The notes under the pieces were generated by a model that made no database searches, had not been told where the DNA came from, and saw only the letters and a program-made list of their open reading frames with translations. DNA of 64,000 nt, from NCBI RefSeq assembly GCF_006345805.1, contig NC_042999.1, positions 112,034,001-112,098,000 of the forward strand, written 5' to 3'. The stretch's first letter is position 1. Every line of letters begins with the position of its first letter. Shown one piece after another: positions 53,707 to 64,000 of this stretch. This DNA comes from Octopus sinensis. Taxonomy: Eukaryota. The position numbers and the translations under genes are program-made.

Positions 53707-54564
53707 TACAGGGTTCAGTACAGTTTCTAGATATCAGATTCACTCATAAAGGCATTGGTTGGCCTGTGAGTGTAGTATGAAACATTTGACCAGGTACACA
53801 CAGTACAACTGACCCTGAAAGCACCTGCATGAACTTCTGAATAAAAATTACCTGGCTCTAGATGGGTATTCTAAATTTTCTTTTTATGGAAGTGTTTCCT
53901 ATAGCATTGATGATGATGCTTTTAAGACAAGTTAAAAACAGTGTAGTTTTTAATTTGCAATGAGAAAAGATCATTATAAAGACTTTTATTGTTAGCTAAA
54001 ATGAACTCTAGTCTCACTTGAATATCAAAAAACAAAAGAGAAGTGAATTACACATGACTTACTGTAATAATAATAACGACTGTAATAATTTTCTGCTTTC
54101 TACATAACTAATTCTGGCAAAAAATTTCAAGAAATAACACTTTAAAAATTTCAGTTAATTAAGGAGTTAGGAGTGAATTTGATCTGTAGCAATACTCTGA
54201 CAACTCAAAACACATTTCTGTATTATTGAACATTTTCAGCAAAGCAAGTTTAACCGTTACAATAGATGTTAGATGGCTAGAGAAGTATACAGGATTTTTG
54301 TGAAATAATGAGGGTAATTATAATATTAAAGAATGACTGAGGCAAAAATATCTATAAAACAAGAGCAGTGGCTCTGATCTTTACTGACTCTCATATACTG
54401 ATATGCTGCTGATCCTACTTCCCTCACTTCATTGCTCCCTCTTCCTCTTCCGGTGAGGCCCCTCAGCCATTGACATCACTGCCCTTTCCTACCAGGTCAC
54501 CTCATCTCCACATACTAATGCACACATTCATAAATTCATGTGCACAAACATACTCACAAATTCA

Positions 54565-54930
54565 AGCACATTGTCCCTGTATCGTAGTTTGACCTTTCAT
54601 CACCTGGAAAGCCACCTCCCTCAATACCACTCCTGCTCTCAGTTGAGGGGTTTTTGCCTTGCAAGTTACTTGGTGACTTCGCCAATGTTGGACAACTTAA
54701 AGTGGCTGGTGTTAGAAAGGGCATCCAGCTGTAAATGGGCTGTGTTAGGGAGGTAATCCAGCTGTAAAGGGGCTGTGTTAGAAAGGGCATCCAGCTGTAG
54801 AAACCATGTCAAAATAGACAGTAGAGCTTAACAGTCCTCTGATTTGCCAGCTCCTGTCAAACCATCCAACCTATGCCAACATGGAAGACTGACATGAAAT
54901 GGTGGCGTTCATGATGATGATGATGACATC
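54565..54930 (+). mobile_element. SINE-like element sharing the RTE 3' tail, with a 3x~33-bp internal duplication
   Basis: GTGTTAGAAAGGGCATCCAGCTGTA occurs three times (degenerate), followed by a (GAT)n tail. Confidence 0.65.
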
Positions 54931-55329
54931 TAACAAAACAGCAACAACTAAGACAACAATGACAATGATAGCAGTAAGAGCCTTGGATGGCTGAAAGATT
55001 AAATAGTGGTGGTTCATGGGTTCAAACACTGTCACATGTCTTCAATGGCACCTTTTAGTCATAACACATTACTTTGCTTCCTTCTAGTAATGCAACTGGT
55101 TGAATGATTAGTATTTGGAAGACACCAGAAGTCACAAATGCTGCATACAAATGCTAGAATGCATATTTTTCAAACATCTGCCCCCCCCCCCCCCCAAAAA
55201 AAAAATTTAGAAACATTATTTTATTCAGTATATTAAATACAATTTAAATATTGATATATGTATGTGAATATCAAAGTGTACATAAGTCTTTACATACTTA
55301 AGCTTACAATATAGAAATATCATTTCCTG

Positions 55330-55396
55330 CACAACACACACACACACACACATATTCATAGTTGTGTATATATATATATATGTATGTATGTGTGTA

Positions 55397-55462
<66 letters not shown>

Positions 55463-55547
55463 CATACATACATATATACATATATAAATATATGTATGTA
55501 TAAATATATGTGTGTGTATATATGCATATATGTGTATGGTGTGTGTA

Positions 55548-55587
<40 letters not shown>

Positions 55588-55717
55588 TATATATGTATAT
55601 ATATGTACATGTATACACACACACATATACATATATGTATACATATATATACACATCATACACATAATATAATATATAGATAGATATATATATATGTGTA
55701 TGTATATATATATACAT

Positions 55718-55774
<57 letters not shown>

Positions 55775-56094
55775 TCAATCAATAAGCATTGTGCAGATAA
55801 CTGATGATGTTGGAACAAGTTTTGATACACAAGGCAGAGAATGAATTATAAAATAACCATATTTTACATCCACATCATTTGGTCTTTCTTTTCATAATGA
55901 CATGACTGGTAGAAGTATGGGAGGAGTTGAGGGTCAGTACTGCTGAATGGAAGGGATAACAAATGAGTTTAATATAAGAAAAAAAAAATATATATATATA
56001 TATGCACATACACAAGTTACACATGCTTACTTTTTTGCTATTATTATTATCATCATCATCCTCATCCTCATTATTATTATTATTATTATTACTA

Positions 56095-56125
<31 letters not shown>

Positions 56126-56460
56126 TATTATTATTACCATCATCATCATCATCATCATTATTGGTTGTTTCTCTGTTGGGATTTCTCAATTCATTCCTTA
56201 TCTATACTGTTTTGTTATGCGTAGCTTTTATTTTTCATAATCAGTTCTGCATAGATCCCTACTATTCTTGCCATGTCCCCTCATATGTTATCCTTGTGGC
56301 AAATAAAGAAATTACTATCATCAACACTATCATCATCATCATCATCATCATCATCTTCATTATTACTATTATCATCATCACTAACGTCGTCATCGTCATC
56401 ATTACCGTTGCTGATGTTGTTGTTGTTTATCCTTATTGTTTCTACTGATGCTGCTGCTGC
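55330..56460. repeat. TA/CA and ATT/CAT microsatellite blocks
   Basis: Seen directly. Confidence 0.9.
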
Positions 56461-56605
56461 TACTTCAGATTTTCAAACAACATATATCTAGGTTCATTTT
56501 GTTTACTAAGAGGGGAAATGATTCTGGAGAACTATCTGTGACACCTCTGATGTAACAAGAATAGGAAAAATTCATTTTATTATCATTATTTCATATATAT
56601 ATATC

Positions 56606-56636
<31 letters not shown>

Positions 56637-57140
56637 ACATACATGTATGTATATATAAATATATATATATATACACATATATATACATATAGACACAAAC
56701 ACACACACATATACACACATAGACACACACACACACACATAAATACATATATATATATATATTATATGTTATATATTCACAGATATGAATACCTACACAT
56801 AAAGATATGCTTACACACCTTTATGTGAATATACATATGCACTCTCTCTAACACACACACCACACACACACACACATATGAATTCACTCATATATTCATG
56901 CACAAACATATATACATGCATATACACCATACACATTAGAAAAAAAATCATATCAGATTGTCTCTCATTTATCAGATGAGATATTTGATAAAGTGTATTA
57001 TAGGAAAATAGATATTATAAAGTATACTTGCCTCTCTGTTTCTGATAATTCTTAGCTATCGGCCATTTTATGAGTACAATTTTCACACAATTTTCTAGAT
57101 CACAATAAAACAAGGATTTTCTCTTGCTAAACTCTTTTAC

Positions 57141-57187
57141 CTTTACTTCTCGTTTACAAGTTTCAACAGCATCTGTAATCCTTGTTT
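57141..57187 (-). CDS. Candidate 47-nt host exon
   Basis: TTTCACAG acceptor and AAG|GTAAAA donor, with frame TRITDAVETCKREVK. It retains a CpG in a depleted context. Protein not recognised. Confidence 0.25.
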
Positions 57188-57507
57188 CTGTGAAATTTCA
57201 CAACCACAGTCTTCACAGCTATATTAGAGAAGCTTCTTATTTATTAGGCGTGTTATAAAAGAAATTAACACAAATATGAAAAAAATAAATAGATAAATAG
57301 ACTATGGTGTTCAAATATGATTTTCAGATAAAAGGATCTGATTTTTTTTTGTTTTTTATGTAATATGTTTATTGATTAAGTTATGAAGAACATGGAGGTT
57401 TTGGAGTATGTTACAACCAAGTAGGTTATAAACAAAGTAGTAATCTAAAATAAAATGCTGGACAGCAGTTCAATTCTATTTGGCCAAGAAGAGTTATTTT
57501 TATTAAA

Positions 57508-57900
57508 CTACAGTTGGATGCCCTTCCTAATGCCAACCACTCCAAGAGTATAGTGGGTGCTTTTACGTGACACCTGCACGAGGGCCAGTCTGGTGGTACT
57601 GGCAACAGCCATGCTCGAAATGGTGTTTTTTTACAAGCCACCTGCACAGGAGTCAGTCTAGCAGCACTGGCAATGATCTTGCTCGAACGTTTTCTTCATG
57701 TGCCACTGGCACAAGTGCCAGTAAGGCGACGATGGTAACGATCACGCTCAGATGGTGCTTTTTACGTGCCTACCGGCATGGAAGCCAGACAGCTGCTCTG
57801 GCAGTGATCCCACTCGGATAGAGCTATCAGCGCTCCACTGGCACGGGTGCCAGTCATCGAATTTGGTTCAATTTCGATAACACCATTTCGATGAGGATGA
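57508..57900 (-). mobile_element. Older RTE 3'UTR/tail fragment with ~60-bp subunits
   Basis: GGATGCCCTTCCTAATGCCAACCACTCC plus diverged GATGGTG..GTGCC subunits like those at 51470-51720. Confidence 0.75.
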
Positions 57901-58524
57901 GGATGATGATGAATGGTTGGAAATTTACATGAACAGGAAACACAGGTAATCATTAAAAAAAAAGAAAAAAGAAAATTTTAAATGGCAGAGATAGACAGAG
58001 TTATGTTCCTTAATAATTTGTGCTACATAGTTTCTGCTATTTTAAGGTTTAAATTTATGACTAGATATTAGTCTGAACACCGCAACTTCAGAGACATTTT
58101 GCTCGATACAAAAATGTCGATGAGCTTCACAGATTCTTGTACTCAGTGAGGTAGCTGATCCTGGCATCTTAGTGGCTGCTATGATACAGGAGAAATTCCA
58201 ACTGCTCATATTGCAAGAAATGTTCTACAAAACTCACACTCATCACATGTAAAGATCATAAATTAATCTAACTTGTTACTGATAATTGTCTTGGAGTTGG
58301 ATGTTGCAAGAATAGAAGAAATGAGATCAACAAGGAAGTTAAGATAGAATGGACCAGAGGTTGTGAGTAGATTTCAGTCTGTCAAAAAAAAATAAAATGA
58401 ATTTCCTCTGAGACTTAGCGACATACTAAACAAATGACTATCATTCAAGTACCACTGTGGAGGGTTTTAATTTGTCCCTGTATTGCATTGTTTATCATAA
58501 ATGTCACAGATGCCAATGTTCTGC

Positions 58525-58600
58525 TCTCCTACTCTAAGACTGAACCCGGAACCATGTGGTTGGTAAGCAAACTACTTACCACACAGCCACTCCTGCGCCT
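58525..58600 (-). mobile_element. SINE family A head
   Basis: GAACCCGGAACCATGTGGTTGGTAAGCAAACTACTTACCACACAGCCACTCCTGCG. Confidence 0.8.
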
Positions 58601-58964
58601 ATCAATAAATACTTCTTAGTTGTTTCCATTTTGCTTAATGCCATCAGTCCTTGTATCAAGCAAAATAGCTCTAAAGTTAAGGTGTTCAAACTGACTACTT
58701 AGTCATGATTTCAAACCATATAACAGCAGTCTTTGTCAAGAAACAACTCTGCTTACCACAGCAAATTCTATTTTTTTTACTTTGTAGTTAAATAATTAGA
58801 AGTCAATGACTTATGTAATGATAAAAATATTTTTTTCCAGTATAGATTATTGTTACATTGTGAAATGGTGGATGTAAACAGTTTAAAAAATAAAATAAAA
58901 TAAATTTTAAATTAAACAAAATTAATAAAATAAAATGCAAGTTATAAATCCTATAATATCATTA

Positions 58965-59170
58965 AAGTTAGTAAGCTGGCAAGCAGGCAGAATCATGAGC
59001 ACATTGGACAAACTGCTTAGCATTCTAAGTTCAAATTCTGCCAAGGTGGACTTTGCCTTTCATACTTTTGGAGTTGATAAAATAAAATAAGTATTGAGTA
59101 CTGGGGTCAATGTAATGAGCTATCCTCTACCTCGAAAACTGCTGACCTTATGCCAAAATTTTAAACCATT
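58965..59170 (+). mobile_element. CpG-decayed SINE family B
   Basis: GGCAGAATCATGAGCAC..TTCAAATTCTGCCAAGGTGGACTTTGCCTTTCAT. Confidence 0.75.
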
Positions 59171-60819
59171 ATGAAAGTTATTACTAAAATTATCATAACT
59201 ACAATATTCATAAATGATTTCTTTATTATGCATATGACCAAATAGTTTTGTCTACATTTGTATTTTAATACATGAAGTCATTTCAACAAAGATTTAGAAT
59301 AAAGCTTAAGCCTAGATTCAATGTTTTATAAAGTAAATTTGTGAAATTGTTATCTTTTTCAGGCAAACAGAACACTATCCAGTTGTAACTGATCACTGAA
59401 AATATTGATACTTTATAAAATAAATCTAAATCTAAAATGAATTTTACAACTTTGGATGTTTTTAAATGACCTTTCCATGTTGTAGGAGCATCAGTTTCAA
59501 CATAGTTTTAGCTTAAGTCACTTGCAAGACAAGAATGATTTCAAAATTTCAAGAGTTTTAGCCACATTGCAAAAACCCTGTTATATTTTGCCTAAGTCTA
59601 GATTACATTTTGTAAGAATTTATTCCCAAGTTACTAGTTCAAGGTTCAGCATCAAAGTACAAGATATTACATTTAGAAGATTATATACATATTCATATTC
59701 TTTACTCATATTTTTTTCTTTGCCTAATTGCTTTACATAACAAGAAGGAATAAAAGCAATGCTCATGGCCTTTTTATAGGATCCCTGAGATTGGCAGGTG
59801 AAAGAAAAGAAGAAACTATGACTCAAAGGTGGCTGAAGTCAGAAGTGGCACATCAAGGTGTTTAGAAATCATTCGCCAGACTGAAGATTGGACCAAATTC
59901 TCATACCATAGTTGATACCACTAACAGTGACCAAGGTTCAGACACTCATATTAAGCTGGAAGAGAGAGTAAATCTACAGGAAATCTTCAGGATTTTTTCT
60001 TCTGAGGGTTTCGTTGTGGAAATATAAAATATGAAAATATATTTGAGTGTTCTTTCCATACACTGAAAAACAGTTATATTTATTGCTGTTTAACACTAGA
60101 TCTACCCTCAAGCAGACCCATGATCAAAGGCTATCCAGCCATGAACATCACACAATTTTAAGAATATATTGTATATACTTCATCAGTCTCAGCAATGAGA
60201 ATTCAATTAGTTCCCTACCCATGAATTTAAAATGAGTGTGACTAAGTATTCCACAGACATATGCACTTTCAATACAATTCCATGGACAAATCAGTGCAAC
60301 ACAATATGGCATGGTCGAATTGTATGTACAATTTTGAGAGAGAGGGAGGGAGGGGGGAGGGGGAAAGAGTCAAACTAGTTCTGTACTAACTCCAAAAGGA
60401 TTAAAGGCAAAGCTGACCTTGAGGAATTTGAACTCAGAGCAAAAAAAGTCAGAATGAATATCACAAGGCATTCTAAGCAATGCTCTACTGATTCTGCCAA
60501 TTCACTACCCTTTAAAGGCATGTGGAGCTATATTATCTACTGTACACTATCCTAGTTTGAATTAGTATGGTGTGATTTAAAAGAGATTAAGCTGCTATTT
60601 CCAGCAGATTCAGTGAGCACATAGAGGTGCCCACATTGCTTAATCCTCAGTAGTAGTACATATTGGAACTGATTCTCCAGTTACTCACCTACAAAGATTA
60701 ATTGTTGTTTAGAAGCAGATCAACCAAGATTGAGTCAATCTTCTGATGAAAGGCATTCCACACTCCTTCCTCTTAAATCTGCTAGCCTTGTGCAAAAATT
60801 TGAAGCAATTAGATTGACT

Positions 60820-61245
60820 GTGACCAGGACAAATTGTCAGAACACCAAACAAACTGCTTAGGGGCATTTTATCTGTCTTTAAATCCTGAGTTCAAATTCC
60901 ACTGAGATTGATTTTGCCTTTCATCTTCAGTTAAGTACTGAGGTTGATGTAATCGACTGATATCTACCCTACCAAAATTTCAAGCCCCGTGGAAGGATTA
61001 TTATTGTTATTATTAAGAAGGTAAATTGGTAGAATTATTAGCATGCCAGACAATGTACTTAGCAGCATTTCATCCATCTTTACATTCTGAGTTCAAATTT
61101 TGCTGAGGTCAACTTTGCTTTTCATTGCTTCAATCTCAATAAAATAAATACCTGTCAAACACTGGGGTAGATGTAATTGACTAGCCGCCCTCATCCAAAA
61201 TTTCAAGTCTTGTGCCTATAGTAGAAAGAATTATTATTATTATCA

Positions 61246-61293
<48 letters not shown>

Positions 61294-62120
61294 GAAAATG
61301 CACAGCTTATTTTTCTGGGTATGATGAAAAGTATCGGCTGTTCACAGCCAGCAGACTAAGGTGACACTTATTTACTGGTCATGCTTCAAGAACCTTGTGA
61401 AGAATTCTTGCAGTTCTAAGCAATGCTGATTTTTGTAAGTGTTCTATCTTCATACTTGCACCGATCTTTTTCAGCCATATTGGTAGTTGAGTGTTGATAC
61501 TTCCAAGTGCACCAATTTCCCGCTTCAAATTGTATTTCCCACTTCAAATCGCCATAGTTATTTATTTATTCTTCTTTCACATTGATCCTATTGTCACCAG
61601 GGCATGCTATGTTGATTATCATGCATGCTCTTTCTTTTTTATTCACCACAACAATGTCCAGTTTTCAATGTCTGGTTGGGTGATCACACTGGATCATTAC
61701 ATCCCACAGGATTTTGCAATTCTCTTTTTTGGTGACTCCTTCTGGAGTTTGCTCATACCACATCTTTGCCCTTTGTAGGCCATGATTTCCACAGAGCTGC
61801 CAATGGACAATTCTTGCCACATTGTCATAAAGTCTTTTGTATTCGCTTAGTCCATATTTATTATTATTATTATAATTACTATAAAAGAGGTGGGGAACTA
61901 GCAAGATTGTTAGCATGCCAAGTAAAATGCTTAGTGGTATTTTGTCGGTCTTTATATTCTAAGCTCAGATTCCACTGACATCAGCTTTGCCTTTCATCCT
62001 TTCAGGGCCAATAAAACAAGTACCAGTTGAGCACTGGGGTCGATTTAATGGACTTAGCCCTTGCCTCAAAATTGCTGGCCTTATGTCAAAATTTGAAATC
62101 ATTATTATTATTAATATTAA

Positions 62121-62171
<51 letters not shown>

Positions 62172-62400
62172 GGTGATGAGCTCACAGAATTGCTAACACA
62201 CCAGGTGAAATGCTTAACAGTATTTCGTCTATCGCTATGTTCTATGTTAAAATTCCACTGAGGTCAATTTTGCCTTTCATCCTTTCGTGGTCACTAAATT
62301 GAGTACCAGTTGAGTAATGGGGGTCAATGTAATCAGCTATCATCCTCCCCAAAATTTCAGGGCCAAATTTCAGGCTTATAGTAGAAAGGATTATCATTAT
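60820..62400 (+). mobile_element. Head-to-tail chain of four SINE family B copies separated by (ATT)n, interrupted by the R4/Dong-like insertion
   Basis: Copies at about 60820-61000, 61015-61230, 61885-62100 and 62170-62390, each followed by ATT repeats. Confidence 0.75.
61292..61858 (-). mobile_element. R4/Dong-like non-LTR retrotransposon 3' fragment (RLE domain)
   Basis: DNVARIVHWQLC..KILWDVMIQCDH..DIVVVNKKER.CMIINIACPGD..IGALGS..LQKSALLRTARILHKVL*. (ATT)n lies on both flanks. Confidence 0.85.
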
Positions 62401-63277
62401 AATTATTATTATTGTTATCATCATCATCATCATCAAAATTTATTATTACTTTGTTCTTTTTCTAAAATCTGGTTTGGAAAAACAGCAAAATCAAATTATA
62501 ACTTTTTAGATATTTCAACATCTAATAGAAATAGACTTAGGGGTTTTTTTTTAAAGAAAATATACCTCCTAAGAAAATAACTCAATAACAAATAAATAAA
62601 ATCTTGTCACAATATATCTGCAAATATTTCACTGCGATGCTTATGTATTAAGCTTCAGTGAACATACCAGAGCGCAATAGTCAGTTCTTAACATTGACTT
62701 GATGAAGGAATGAAATGGTTTTGAAAAGGGTTTTTTTTTTTTCTTTACACCTCCTCCCAGCTCTCAGAATTTTTATCACTATAAGATAAAAAAAATAACA
62801 TTAGGTCTTGTGTTAGATATATATAACACTAAAATATAACTAGATATCACTAATGTAAATTTATGGCTTTTTTTTTCTTCATAAACAATAAAGGAAAACG
62901 TGATATTATACTTTAAAAGGAGCTTAATATGCAATATACACCTACTTATATGTGTATGTATGCTTGCATACATATTGATGTATGCGTATGTGTGCGTATG
63001 CATGTGTATTTGTGTGTGTGTGTGTGCTTATATTAGTGATCACCATCAATTTTCTGCTCTGTTGGTTTCATTTATATCTCTTTTATACATGTATTGTGTA
63101 AAACAGCAAAAATTTAAATAAAATGAAAGCCAAGTAGGAATGAAAGAAAAAGAAATTGATAAAATTAATTATTTTCATTCAATTTCAATAATTCCACACA
63201 TAATGAGGGAGAGAATATATATATGTATATGTATATATTTATGTATGTATGTATATATGTATATATATACATATATA

Positions 63278-63333
<56 letters not shown>

Positions 63334-63877
63334 TATATGTATATGCATGAATATATATGTTCATATCTAAATACATATATAGAAATATATATGTATATAT
63401 ATATATCACACACACACATATATGTACATACATAAATATATACATATGTATCTATACATATATACATACATAAATATACATATATATATATGTATATACA
63501 TATGTGTGAGTGTGTGCGTGTGATTGTTATATCTTGCATTGGGTGTTTAATTTTAATGCTAAGCCATTGCCACCATATTGATCTTTTAGTGTAGTTGTGT
63601 CATGATGATAAATAACTTTGCACCATTAATCTTAGTTAAAAGAGAAGATAAAATATACATTAACATTAACATCATCATTATCATCATTATCACCATCAGT
63701 ATCATTATCACCATAATTGAAGAAAAGACATTTAAAAAAACATACTAAAAATGCGATATTTCTTCAATCCTTCTAACAAGACTGAATGTTTACAACTCTA
63801 TGTTTACCTATGTATTTATCTATATGGAAATGTCTATTTGTTTTATCAAATCTATATGTGTTTCTTCTATAATGGTT

Positions 63878-64000
63878 AGGCATGGCTGTGTGGTTAAGAA
63901 GCTCGTTTTGCAACCACGGTGTTTTGGGTTCAGTCTTATTTTGCACCATCTTGGGCAAATATCTCTTTTTTTATAGCTCTGGGTTGATCAATGCCCTGTG
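63878..64000 (+). mobile_element. SINE family A head (runs off the window)
   Basis: GGCATGGCTGTGTGGTTAAGAAG..GGGTTCAGTC..TTGGGCAA. Confidence 0.75.

Overview
This is a eukaryotic, AT-rich, repeat-saturated genomic window with no prokaryotic features. The SINE families and the microsatellite load suggest a coleoid cephalopod (Octopus-like), which is an inference. No complete protein-coding gene is recognisable. Almost all real protein similarity belongs to decayed transposable elements: Tx1/L1, RTE (several), HERO-like and R4/Dong-like LINEs, two Ty3/Gypsy remnants plus an isolated gag piece, mariner and Tc1 transposons, MITEs and several SINE families. Most listed ORFs are microsatellite artefacts. 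The most interesting items are: an 817-bp foldback element with telomeric repeats, GG..CC ends and an 8-bp TSD (10410-11226); a Penelope-like direct-repeat element with a degenerate minimal hammerhead ribozyme (17972-18724); an RTE LINE ending in three C2H2 fingers; an RTE 3'UTR built as a hierarchical tandem array; a perfect 4x233-bp tandem of an old SINE; a Dong-like LINE in (TAA)n; and a CpG-depleted right-hand domain that may be the body of a minus-strand gene with short exons. All family assignments come from motif recall, not database searches. Coordinates of decayed elements are approximate.
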